Assembly: GCA_043228905.1 (NCBI GenBank)
Contig: JBHGNT010000004.1
Location: 10,292,001-10,356,000 of the forward strand
From: Azolla caroliniana
Taxonomy: Eukaryota; Plantae; Polypodiophyta
Length of the DNA stretch: 64,000 nt
Direction of reading: 5' to 3'
The notes below the pieces were generated by a model. It had not been told where the DNA came from. It saw only the letters and a program-made list of their open reading frames with translations, and ran no database searches. Each line of letters starts with the position of its first letter. Position 1 is the stretch's first letter. This document shows, in pieces, positions 1-12,909 of this stretch. Made by a program: the position numbers and the translations under genes.

Positions 1-3000
1 GGGGACTAATATCCTTACAACGACTCCAATAGAGATACCCATCATGTAGTTGGATTGCAGGCAGGTTGCTATGGCCAAACAAGAACTCACCATAGCTAAA
101 AAGGCAATCTATGACATGGAGTTTCATGGAAGCATGGCTCGTTGGATTTGGGTAGGGGACAAAACCACGAAGGAATTCTTCTGATCCAAGGGACTGAGGC
201 ATGCTAGAACAGTGATGCGCAACCTCAACTGAGAGGATGGAATGACCACTAAAGATGGCGAAGAAATGAGGAATATCGCCACAACCTATTATAAGCGACT
301 ACTTTGCGAAGATAGTATGACCACATGGGAAAACAGAAGAGAAGATTTTATCCTCCAAAGCATACCCTAGAAAAGAACGGAAATAAATACATGGCTCCCG
401 CGTCCCCTATCAATCATCGAAATATGGGAGGCACTCTCTTATTTGGATGCAGATAGCTGGCTTGGAATTAATGGCCTCACCCCTCACTTCTGGACAAGCT
501 TTTAGGACACTATTAAAGAAGACCTCCTCCAGGCATATGAGGAGATCATCACCTCTGCAAACATGCCAGAAGAATTTGGACAGGGGATGATACATCTCAT
601 TCCTAAATGTGGTGGGAGTGCCAACACCATTAGTAAGTGGTAGCCCATAACTCTTCTCAGTACTGTCAATAAGCTGCTCACAAAAATCGTAGCACGGTGC
701 TTAGCACCACTTCCCCCTCAACTCATTCATTCGTCCTCGACAAGTTTTGTTAGAAATCGAAGCATCCTAAACAACCTTTTCTCATTCTAGGAAGCAATAG
801 CCCTTGCCAAGCGTACCAACAACAAGGTCATTTTGGTGCTCCTAGATTTTGAGAAAGCATATGACAAGATATGTGTTTCTAGAAAGTGTGATGGGGAAAC
901 TCAACTTTCGAGAGTCATGGATCAAAGGCACAACAAGACTTTATAGGAACGCCAACAGTTGCGTTTCAGTTGCATGTGAAAGGGGCCCCTTCTTCCGAAT
1001 ATCGCGAGATGTTCTCATCTTTATTTCATGCTCTTGTATTTCTTTTTTATTAATTCAATTTGATCTTGATAGAGTACGACAAGAATGCCCACTAGCTCCA
1101 TCCTTATTTCTATTATATGCCGAAGCACTCTCTAGCTTTCTCAACTCGTGGCATCTAAACCTATGTGGTATTCATGTGCTACACTCTCACCAAAGCCTCC
1201 TGGATATAGAATTTGTAGATGACACCACAATCTACTCGCAAGGGGACTTGGAAAAGCTACAGAAGCTAGAAAGTGGATTAGTCGTGTTTTGCAAGAGATC
1301 AAACATCATGATCAATTGGCACAAATCCTATGCAATATGGCTTTCTCATGAAGAACATCTTGCATGGCACCCACATCCCACTTTCAAGTGGATCAATCAA
1401 GGAGCAAGCACCAAATATTTGGGTTTCCAGTTTGGATTCAACATTACTCCGGAGACTATGATTGCACCAGTGATTCGCTCCATTCGCCAAAAGTTGATAC
1501 ATTGGAGGTCGAAAAAACTCTCACTAGCAGGTCGCATCATAGTGGCAAATTAGGTATTACTCGCAACAACATGGTACAACCTATCATGTTCAACAATATC
1601 CAAGGAAAGTATACATCAGATTCAGCGACTAGTACGCAACTACATTTGGTATGGCAAGGAAGATCATGCAGCTCGGGACAAGGTGGTGTGGCCTATACTC
1701 ACATTCCCCAAGTCGAGAGGGGGATTGGGTCTGATTGATTCCCTCTCACAATCCAAAGCCCTACTTGCCAAATTTGTGGCGCGACGACTCCAACCAGGGG
1801 ATGACTATTGGAAAATGCTATTGTGGTTACGCTTCGCTTGCTTTAGGCCACGAAAAAGGGCCAATTGGGCCCCCCAAACAGTATGGATTCTAAACATGGA
1901 TCTCAAACTGAGTTTCTCACACCAATTGGAGGATAGATTCAGTGCATCCATGTGGAAGGCGTGGAGTGACATTAGACGAGGGCTCAAGTGCGATCAACCT
2001 AATTCTGAACCTACCTAGCTCAGTCAAAGCATCCTATGGAACCCATGTATCAGAGATGAATCGAATCAACTAATTGGATCAAGGGGTTGTCATGGGGATA
2101 CATTGCAGAAAGTCCAGGAAAGAGTATAGAATGTTGGAGACGGTTTATGTCATTGCCAATACAAGATCAAGCCAACATACTCCATGGAATCAAGGGTGGG
2201 TTGACTATGAGATCTAAATTTATTAACACTACTAATCAAAGGATGACAATGGAGAAGTGGATATAGGCTACGAGGAGGAGGGCTCTTTGATCCCAAGAGG
2301 TAGGAAGACACCGGACAGGAGTGAAGGCCATGAATTGAGAGACAATCGGACACTAACATTGAATATGGTAATTCGAGTACTCGCATATACTGGTCATAAA
2401 TGGATTGTAGATCCCGATCCGATCAAAGTACAACCAGAATGGCACATCTGTACTCATGAGAACACATGGCTACATAAGGTCAGTTTGGACCCTTTGCAAT
2501 ACGTGGCGCGATCCTTATGCGGGTCAAGGAAGCAAAACCATCCCTTTCTTCCAATTCATGACTAGATTGGGTCCCTACATTCTAGCTGCTCAAACCGCCT
2601 GAGGGTCGGCTACTGCAAAGTTCTGGCACACATATCATGTTCCCCACACAATTATCACCACGTTTTGGCAGAAAATCTAGAAACAACATTAGCGAGGCGA
2701 ATTAACACGTTCCAATGGCTATTGATACATAAGGCACTACCGGTTGGAGTGTGGCAGCGTGGGAACCTTAGCTCTCCTAATTGTGTAGTGTGCCCAAATG
2801 CAACAAAATAAATCTGACACGCTCTATGGGACTGTCCAAAGACCCTCGAATATGGTGGGGGGTTGGCCGCCGATTGCAATTATGCCAAGTGCAAGGCACA
2901 ATCAACTGGGGAAATGTATGTTGGTCATACCATGGCAGGCCCCAGTTGATAGGTACGAGCATCAGGAGGGGATGACTTTGGTGATAAACTCACAAGAGGT

Positions 3001-3073
3001 TTGTTTTTTCCACCATCGGCAATATCCACTCAATTCTTATTAATGCTAAATCTCAAGTTGTCTTGGAATTGGT
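1..3073 (+). mobile_element. Degenerate L1-like LINE ORF2 (RT + zf-RVT); 5' part lies outside the window; interrupted by copia A
   Basis: Non-LTR RT motifs PITLLS (~645), LDFEKAYD (~842), RQECPLAPSLF, FVDDT, KYLG and KLSLAGRI (ORF 849-1553); GGLGL (1683-2018); zf-RVT-like FQWLLIHKALP...CVVC...HALWDC (~2710-2835). Many stops and frameshifts. Confidence 0.88.
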
Positions 3074-3577
3074 TGTTGGGGGCAAGGCCGTCAATGCGGA
3101 AGAGCAGACAATGTCTGTGATGGTGAAGAATCTGCGTATGCGAGTTAACACTAGATACGCACAAAGAGAGAGAGAGATAGGCACAAAAAAAAAGGATTTT
3201 ATTTCTCAATAGCAACAACTACAAGAATTACAACCAGCAGCTACTAACAAGTTACAAAGTCACTTTATATAGTGATTGTCCTAGGGCAATTGCCCTTTGT
3301 ACTATTTACAGAAATAGCCCAAACTTGGGTTGTCCAAGGGGACAGTGTGAATATGGCCATTATACACTCGTATTCGACACTCCCCCGTAATGGGTGTATA
3401 CATGGGTTATCTAAAGAATTACAGGTATATATACAAGGTTTATCAGATAGATCGGTTTGTCAGAGTCGGCAAGATCCAAAGACAGAAGACCAAACCGGTC
3501 GGGTGGGAAGAGCTGAAGCCGATCCTCAGAGAACTGATGTCGGTGGTCCGAAACCGTCCTATGTTGTGTGTCCGACT

Positions 3578-6486
3578 TTAACCGGACCGATTTTTCGTTA
3601 CGCCCATCTGGTGCCGAAGGGACCGGAAACGATCCGTCGAAAGACACTTGGTCATTCCATCTGCGACATTATCGGTTGTGGATATCTTCTCTAGAACAAT
3701 TTCCCTTGAAATGACGCAATCCCGAATGAAGTGATATCGAACGTCAATATGCTTGGAGGCGTTGTGGTGAACCGGGTTTTTTGACAAAGCAATAGCACCC
3801 TGACTGTCGCTGTAGACAACTAGAGCCGAGTCGGAGTCGACCTGTCGGAACGTGTGCGCCAGCCGACCGAGCCATAAAGCTTCTTTTGCCGCGTCGGACA
3901 CAGCTACATATTCCACTTCGGTCGTTGAGGTGGCTGTGCACTCCTGAAGTTTCGACTTCCACGAGTTGCTCCATTGCCGAATTTGAAACAGTATCCGGTT
4001 GTTGATTTCCGATTGTCCACACAACCGGCGATGTCCGACTCGGTGTAACAGACTACGCCTGAGGTTGAGTTCGGGCCGAAGAGAATGCCATGGTCTTTTG
4101 TGCCAGCTAGATATCTGAACACATGCTTGACTGCGTTCCAGTGCAATCGGTCGGGGTTGTGCATGAATCTGCTGATGACTCCTACGACGTGAGAAATATC
4201 AGGCCATGTCGCGACCATCGCGTACATAAGGGAGCCGATTGTCGGTGCATACGGTACCGACTTCATATCTTCCCCCTCCGGACCGGATGTCGGGCAGTCT
4301 CGCTGAGACAGCCGAAGGTTAATGGGGAGCGGGGTCAAAGCAGACTTGGCTGAGTGCATGTTGAAGCATTCCAAGACATGTCTGATGTAGTCGGTTTGAG
4401 ATAAGAAAAGTTGTCGTTTATCGCGATGCCGACTAATCTTCATACCAAGTATGTGTCTTGCCGGACCGTGGTCCTTCATGGCAAACTTCAACTGCAGTTT
4501 CCGAACGAGTTCAGTGAGCTCACCGGCATGCCGGCTAGAGAGGAGCATGTCATCCACGTAGATGATGAGGAAGACGGGAGACCCATCTTGAGTTGATTTG
4601 GTAAAGACACAGTGGTCCTCATTGCTCTTTGAGAAGCCGACCGATTGGATGAAGTCGTCGAACTTCTTGTACCACTGTTGGGGTGCCTGTTTGAGGCCGT
4701 AGAGACTCTTCCTGAGTCGGCAGACTAGATGTTCTTGGCCGGATGCCACAAAGCCTTTCGGTTGCTCCATATAGATTTCCTCCTATAGGTCACTGTGGAG
4801 GAATGTCATTTTTACATCTGGCTGAATTAGCTCCAAGTTGTCGGCGGCCACGACGCCGAGCATGAAACGAAGGGTCGTCATTTTCACCACTGGTGAAAAG
4901 ATTTCGTCAAAGTCGATGCCATATTCTTGTCTAAATCCCTTTTAGTCGATAGACCCACTTACATGGAAGAGCACGTCGATTCTCCGGTAAGTCAACTAAG
5001 TCCCAAGCCTTGTTTGCCCGAATGGAGCGCATTTCCGACTCCATCACTAGATGCCATGTGGCTGAATCGGCAGATGCCGATGCTTCTTCATAGGACGTCG
5101 GTTCGCCAACGTTGGTAAAGAAAATTCTGGGAGAGTACCTCTCCGGAGGTTGCGACAGTCTCTCGGATCTGCGAGGTATGACTGGACTAGTCGCGCCGGG
5201 TGTCAATGTCGGATGGTTGGGAGTTGAGCCAGTCGGCTGTGCTGAATCGGTGGATTCAGGACGAGAGGTGTCGGTGACCCATGAAACCAATCTCGTGTTG
5301 TGGGCTGGGCCTTCATGAAGGGCTGGCACTTTGGAGAATATTACCCTTCGAACTTCAATAGAGCTTTTGAGCTGTTTTATGCATAGCCAACTCATTGAAC
5401 ACGACGTCCGAACTTCAGATGATTTGTCTATGCTCGGGGTCCTAGAGTCGATATCCGATCTCGCCATCGGATCCATACCCAAGGAAAACACATTTCCTTG
5501 ATCTTGGTTCGAGTTTCCGGCGATCATCTTTTGGTATGAGGGCGTATGCCTCGCAACCGAAGATCCTCAGCTTGTCATAATTCGGCTTACTGTCGGTCCA
5601 TACTTCCTGAGGTATTTGAAGTCCTAGAGGTTTGTCTACTTGGCGACATATTTATTATGTGTACTGCCGTAAGTAGAGCCTCCGCCCAGAAGCCATACGA
5701 CAGTCCGGAGTGTTGGAGCATGGATACTACGCGTTCTTGAATCGTCCGATTCATGCGTTCTGCAATTCCGTTCTGCTCCGGACTATAGGGTGCCGTATAT
5801 TCACGTCGAATGTTGTGTTCCCGGAAAAATTTGACGTATTCGTCATACTTGAATTCTCCTCCATTATCGGTTTGGAGACATTTTAGTTTCCGACCGGTCT
5901 GGTTTTCGACCATTGCAAGCCATTCGGAGAAGATCGAGAACACCCGATCTTTGGTTCTGATGGGGTAAGCCCACACCTTCCAAGTCGAGTCGTCAATAAA
6001 ACTGACGAAGTACGAAGCACCGCCGAGAGACTGATGTGGCATTGGGCCACAGACGTCTGAGTGGACCAAATCGAACGGACTCGATTCTCTGGGTGCTGAT
6101 GTCGGATGTGATGCAGCTACCTGTTTGCCGTACTGGCAATGCTCGCAGAATTGGTGATCCGAGAAGGAGAGTTTGGGGATGTAACCGGCTCTGGATAGGT
6201 GTGTTATGTCGGCCTTGCTGAGGTGTCCAAATCGTCCGTGCCATAACGATGACACGGGGATATCAACAAAAAATAAGTCACCCTCTTTGAGTGTGACATA
6301 TAAAGGGTACAAAGAGTGTACCTTCGGTCCTTGAGCAAGCAAGAGGTTCCCTTTGTGGAGTGTCCACCCTCCGGATGTCGGCTTCGTCAAGTTGTCCGAC
6401 TGAGATCAAGGGTCTTGAGAGCTCAGGAACATGTCGGACGTTGTGTAGTACGAGTGCAGAGCCACCCGGAAGGTTGAGCTCTACGG
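3578..6486 (-). pseudogene. pol: copia A pol: GAG-pre-integrase, integrase, RT, RNase H (frameshifted, with stops)
   Basis: LWHGRFGH, CEHC, LVHSDVCGP, TDNGGEF, PEQNGIAER (5587-6390); LYGLKQAP and YVDDML (3904-4770); KHIDVRYHF and ADGMTK (3578-4024). Confidence 0.92.
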
Positions 6487-8047
6487 TCTCGTAGTGTAAT
6501 TCGCACAATACGTGAAAAATTACATTTTTGGTCTTTCTGGATAGGACATGGAGTACCCGGTGAGAACCGGAAGGAGGAACCGGTAAGGAGACCTGGCAAG
6601 AGACGGATGAAGAAGGCCAGTGAGAGACGGTGAGAAATGGACGATGAGATCGGTAAGGAGGTTCTGGTAGGAACCGGATAAACAAAACTAGCAAGCACCG
6701 GATGAAGCAGAACCAGCAAGAGCCGGATGAAGAAGGCCGGTGCGGTGAGAGTCTCTCACCGGATGAAGAGACATATTTGTAAAAAGAAGAAAGTATATAT
6801 ATATATATATTACATGCATAGGGCAAGATTCGAACCTTGCACCTCCATGTTAATAATGTTAAGCTTTATCACTATACTAGCATATTATGAATTTTAAAGT
6901 TATACTAACCTTTATCCCATGTTAATATTCTAGATATGCATGGTGCAAAAAGTTATTCATGCATACACACTCGAGTTAAAAGAAAAGATGGGATAGAAAG
7001 CTAATCATGCACATGCAGTGTGCATGAAAACTAAAGTTAGGAAAAGCAAGATGCTTGCATGTGATAAACTTAGACTCTTCCAACACTATATAAGGAAGAG
7101 AGAAAGATGTATAAGGGTTGTTGCTTATTTTACAAGGGTGGATTAATATAATATAATCGTGGGATTCACGAATTTGCTAAATATTTTTCTCTCTTAATTT
7201 GAGTACTCATTAATACACTATAATCGTGGGATTCACGAGTTTTTTATATCTTTCTTTCTTACAACATATTTCATATTCTTCATTGCCTTAGAATTTTCTT
7301 TTCACCTAGTCCAAAACCTCAGTGGTTCCCGCCCGACTCACACAAAGATCCGGAGCCGAAAGGCACGACACAGTTGGTGAACCTGACGTGAACACGGGCG
7401 GCAAGGAGATGGAAAATCAACCGGAGGCTAACAACATGATGATGATGTTCGAGCGGATGCTTCAAAAACAACGTGCGATGTCGGAGATAGCGGCGGCAAT
7501 AGAGCGTCTCGTGCAACAGATTGGGCAAGTCAACGGAAAGGACGTATCACGCTATCTTCGGGACTACAAGGCGGAAATGATACGGTGCGGGATTTCAGAA
7601 GGACTGCAAGTGACATCCTTCAACCGGGTGGCTACCGACGGGCTTCAAGCAAGTATACACGGGGCTACGACAACAAAATCCGACGTGGGAAGCGTTTGAA
7701 GAGGCACTAAAGACCGCGTTCGCTATCAAGGACTCCTCCAAGGCAACGTGGAGAGGATTCGAGGATTGGGTGGAAACACCGGACAAGGGGATGAAGGTCC
7801 TTGATGTGTTTTCGGCATTCGAAAGTCGGTTTGGGAGGTTATCTGCGAGAGATCAAGCTATCCTTGCACTGGACAAAGTTATCATGTTCTTACGAGCCGT
7901 AGGCGTCCGGGACCGGAAGGATCTTGGAGTGCTTCTAGAGGACACGACTACCGAGAGTGGCCTCACCGAAACATGGGAAAGCGTGCGGGATATCGTTGCG
8001 CGATACACAAAGAGGGGGCAATGACTTGCCAACGAAGAAAAGAGGGT
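6487..8047 (+). mobile_element. Truncated Ty3/gypsy fragment T1 (5' LTR + tRNA-Trp PBS + gag N-terminus)
   Basis: LTR 6487-7370 (TCTCGTAGTG..ACGACA; homologous to solo LTR I, which starts TGTCGTAGTG). PBS TGGTGAACCTGACGTGAA at 7375-7392. Gag (ORFs 7322-7699, 7770-8024) is homologous to K/M Gag (GKDVSRYLRDYKAEM vs GKDATSYLEAYRAE). A deletion at ~8047 removed the rest of T1 plus A's zinc knuckle and protease. Confidence 0.85.
6781..6886 (-). promoter_or_regulatory. tRNA-like Pol III type-2 module (A box/B box + T-run) inside the T1 LTR
   Basis: On the - strand: TAGTATAGTGA (6879-6869), 32-nt spacer, GGTTCGAATC (6836-6827) inside the hairpin GCAAG/CTTGC, then TTTTT at 6785-6781. Confidence 0.6.
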
Positions 8048-8520
8048 TTCTGTCAGGATTGCGCTCGTGACTTCGGAGTACTTAACGGCAGTTGTTGAAG
8101 CGTTGCACACGGTTGGAACGAAAGTTTCCCATGAAGAGGGGAGGCTACTCATGAGTATCATTGCTCTAAGTTCATCCTCAATTGTTGTCCCCTGAGATGA
8201 GATTTGGGAGCTTATGCTTTCGTACTTGTTGAGGTGTGCCTGAACCGAATCGGATTCTTTCATCCGCAAGTTGTAGAGGCGCCGGATCAGATACATCTTC
8301 GTTGCGATGACCTTCTTTTCATAAGTTTCCGACAGTGTTTTCCAAAGTTCAAACGTTGTTGTGCATGATTGCACTGTGAAGTACACTGACTCCGACAAGT
8401 GCATTCGAATCCGTGCTCGGACGATTCTGTCCAGCTTTAGCCACTTGTTTGCCTTGTATGCTTCTAGAGGATTTTCATTCTCAATCGGGTCTATCTAACC
8501 CTTGACTATGAGATAGTCCT
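8048..8520 (-). pseudogene. gag: copia A gag fragment (Retrotran_gag_2/UBN2-type)
   Basis: LWKTLSETYEKK...LYNLRMKES...LMSSLPSSWETF in ORF 7853-8404. Confidence 0.85.
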
Positions 8521-9957
8521 GCAGTCGAACCTCCTTAGACTCATATCCGATGAGCCGGATGTTGATGCTATCTAATTCGGTTTCGGTTGGGAAGACTCGG
8601 TTCGGAGTTGACTACGAACCTTAGTGGGGTGCAGCCAGTCGGCTCACCCGATATCGTTCTAGTCGGTTTGGTTTCGAATACTTGTTGCTGAACTTGCTCG
8701 GAGGGACTCCAGTAACTTGAGGGATAGAACCGGCTGGTCTTCCCGAATGTTGCCGAGTCGGAGTGAGCCTGGTTAGCTTCCGATTGTATGCCGAATACCA
8801 ATTACACGAGACCGATTGTTTGGACCGATTCAACTTCGGATGACTACATTGATGAGAGGGATGGATCCAACTGATACTCCCGAATGTCGATAAGCCGAGT
8901 GAAGCACGAATTTGGTTGGTTGTTTTGAGACCAATCTGCAGCTGGTGAATAATGTTTGGCAACCTGTTCAGATGTTGTTTAACCAAATGAAGCATGATTG
9001 GGTCGGTTGTTGCGCAAGAAGCTCCCCTCAAGTGGTTACAATCACAGGAACAGAGTACAGCCAACTGGCTTACTCCAATTTGTGATTTAACACAATGAGA
9101 TGCGAGCTTTTGTTTTTCTTCTCCCTTCTCTATTCTTCAAGGAAAACGAAAAACTGAATGTTGTGTGGTGTACTATGATGGCTGGCAGCGGGTTGAAGAA
9201 CCTCCAATGCTTTGATACCAAATGTTGGGGGTAAGGCCACAATGCGGAAGAGTAGACACCGTCTGTGATGGTGAAGAATCTGCGTATGTGAGTTAACACT
9301 AGATACACACAGAGTGAGAGAGAGATAGGCACAAAGAAATAAGATTTTATTTCTCAATAGCAAGAACTACAAGAATTACAACCAGCAACTACTAACAGGT
9401 TACAAAGTCACTTTATATAGTGTTGAGAGACAAGCTCAACATCGGCCGAATCGGCTGAGCAAGCCAAGGACCAGATCGGTTGGGATTGATTGGTTAGGCG
9501 GGACCGGTGCGTAAAACGAATGCGTAAACCAATACGCAAACCGGTGCGTAGAAAGGCTGTATCGGTGCGTAAACCGAAAGGCCGATAGAAAGATATTCCT
9601 CATAAGGAATAGTTTTGGGAGTAAGAGTCGAGGCTCATTTATGAGCAATCAAGTACTGTCAGTACTTGTGTCAACCCGATTGTAAGGGCTTATATAAAAG
9701 TGCTCACTGATCACATCCTATGTACATATTGAGTATTATCTTTTTGAATTAAGTTCTTGTGTTTACTCTCTCTCTCAGTCTCCCCTGTGCATACTGTGCA
9801 AACCTAAGCTTTCCATTAAACCTGCGTTTTCTATTGTTCGGTTTTCTATATTGCTTTCGCACGCAATTCTTTTCATGGTATCAGAGCGTGAGGGTTGAGA
9901 ACCTCTACAACCGACCTTACTTGAAGGAAAAAGCAACGAAGAAGAATAAGAAAACCG

Positions 9958-12195
9958 ATGGATAGAGGAATGGCTAGCTCGCTTCCGACGGAGAAGCTCG
10001 ACAGAAACAACTACGCGTCTTGGTCTTACAAGATGCACCAGTACCTGCTCGGACATGGTTACTGGAGCTATGTCGATGGAGCAAATGACACAGCACCCAA
10101 TTTGACACACAAAGACTTCCCGGCGTGGGAACAATCGGCAAGCAGAGTGTTGTACTGTTTCACGTCTTCTGTGGGCGAACACCTGTTAAGCTATGTTCAG
10201 GATGCAAAAATGCCGAAGGGTGTGTGGGAAAATCTGAAGAAGATTTTCGCCGCGACTACCACAGCCAGGAAGCTTCAGCTCTGATAGGAGTTGAGCAACC
10301 TATGGCAACGCGATTTGTCAATGGCTGACTATACCTCGAGGATTAAGGACATATGTGACTCCTTAGCTTCCATCGATGTGAACATCGAGGAAAGCGAGAT
10401 GGTCCAGGTCTGTCTCGGAGGTTTGGTGTCGAAGTTCGGGGCGTTTTGAACTGCTGTGTGTACACGGGAGAATACGCTGTCCTTTTTCGACTTACAATCG
10501 ATGCTCTTGGTAGAGGAGAACCACGCACACCGACAGCAAGACATTGTACATAGAGGGAGAGAGGCCCCGTGGTCGTGGCGGACGAGGCGAGTCGGTACGC
10601 AATGGAGGCGGCCTACGGGATCAAGGAAGAAGGCACCGAAGTGATGCCGACAGCAATTCCAGACCCTCCGGAAACAGGGGGAGTCGAGGCGACGAGAACC
10701 GGCAAGGGAAATCCACCACGAAATCCCGGTACTGTGGCAAGAAAGGCCATAGGGAGAGTGAGTGCTGGAAAAAGCGTGCCGATTCGGAGAGAACCGGGTC
10801 CTGAACAGGTTCGGGACAGACCGACAAAGGAAATCGGCAACGATCGCACTACGCTGAAGGATCCGGAGAAGCCGGAAAAGGGTCAGTCTTCGTGACGAGA
10901 CACAAAGAAAACTCAATGAAGAAGACCACCCCGAAGTCGGAGGAGGTGTGGTACGTCGACTCTGGCGCGTCAAACCACATGACATGCCATGAGGAGTGGT
11001 TCTCATACCTTGAGAAACTGACGCAACCAGGAGTAGTTGCAACCGGAGACGACACTCCGCATCCGATTGCGAATGTCGGTGAAGTTCCCTTGAGCCATGT
11101 CGGGCAGAAAGGGAAACTTATGAATGTGTTACATGTCCCGACAATCACGAAGAATCTGGTGTCGGTCGGGCAGATCGTCGACTAGGGGATGCAGGTTCGG
11201 TTTACGCACCTTCTGACCTCACCTCCAATCCAAGTTCTGACGATGAGGTCAACGAGGCCGAGATGCCTCCGGATGAGACTGAAATCAAGACCCGTGAAGA
11301 GAGACCGATTTAATTTCGGTTAAGTGGACCGAATGAACGACTGAGTCGGTTTGACCAGTCCGATGGAGAGCCGGCGAGTAGTGGAGACTCGGTCATGCAT
11401 TCTCCGCGCAGGAAGCTGAGGAGATGGCTTATGCGCCAAGAAAAAGGGAAGAAGAAGGTGTCGGATTACGGCACAAATAGGAACGAGTCAGACCGATGCG
11501 AGTTCGACTCCGAGGGCAGCGGTGACGGGTCTTCAAGAGCGAAGTCCGTGTCGGCCGATGACCGATTACGCCGATCTACCCGCCAGAAGAACCCAGTTGT
11601 GCGGTTCGGATACAACGAGTACATGGCGCATCATTATGCGTACATGACCCGTTTAGCGGAAGTGCGTGAGCCAGAGAGCTACGCAGAAGCGGCTAAGGAC
11701 GCGAATTGGCGCACCACGATGGAGGAAGAGATGCACGCATTGGCGGAATACGAGACCTGGGACTTGGTTGACACACCGAAGGGTGTGAAGCTAATCAGAT
11801 GTAGGTGGGTGTACAAGGTCAAGTACAACACCGACGGCTCGGTCAACCGATACAAGGCCCGGATAGTGGCAAAAGGCTACGCGCAAAAACACGGCATCGA
11901 CTACGATGAGACGTTTGCGCCGGTCACGAAGATGACGACCGTCCGTGTTTTGCTCGCGGTAGCCACGACCAAGGGGTGGCACTCACATCAGATGGATGTA
12001 AAGAATGCGTTCTTGCAAGGTGAGCTTGAGGAACAGGTGTACATGGTACAACTCCCCGGATTTCACACCGGAACGAACACGTCGGCAGTGTGCCGATTGA
12101 AGAAGTCCCTTTACGGACTCAAGCAAGCCCCGTGTGCCTGGAACGCGAAGATCACGCATCGACTACGTCGGATGGGCTTTGCGACGTCAAAATCG
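9958..12195 (+). pseudogene. gag-pol: copia B gag, protease, IN C-terminus and RT N-part
   Basis: MDRGMASSLPTEKLD; YCGKKGHRESEC knuckle; WYVDSGASNH; QMDVKNAFL; LYGLKQAP. Interrupted by C. Confidence 0.9.
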
Positions 12196-12909
12196 TGTTG
12201 GGAGATAGGTCCCTCCGGATGGGAAGGGAGAAGAACAGTGCTGATGAACGACCAAAACCGTATAAGGAGTACCCGGCTACGGAGAGCCGGATGGTGCAGA
12301 CCCGGTATGAACCGGATGAGGAGTACCCGACTACGGAGAGCCGGGTGGTGCAGACCCGGTATGAACCGGATGAGGAGTACCCAGCTACGGAGAGCCGGAT
12401 GGTACAGACCCGGTGAGAACTGGATGAAGAGACATATTCGTAAATATGTTTCTGAGAGTCCATCGAGGCTATATTTGTAAATAGCCGAAAAGTCATATTA
12501 GTATAAATATGACTTAGGGCAAACTTTTAAAAACTGTTGGTTGTTATTATTATTTCTTGTCCGCGTGAGATCAGAGCGCGTAACTGTGTACAGAGAGTGA
12601 GAGAGAAAGAGGTCGTTGCCTCTGTTGTAACCACCGCCTGTGGCGAGGATCGTGAGCACGAGGTCGTTGCCTCCGTGAACTCACTATTGTACATTCTAGC
12701 ATAGTGATAGTTTGCAGCTTGTGGGCTGCCGTGGTTTTTTCCTCTTTGGGCTTTCCACGTAAACATTCTATGCACTTGTTTTCTTCTTCGTGTCGTACAT
12801 TTATTTCCCATTTGTCTGTGTATGATTCTAAGCTCGGTTATGGCCGAGCGTTGTGTATGGGGAGCGCTTGAGTTCCCATCAAGTGGTTTTAGAGCGAACT
12901 ACACAAAAA

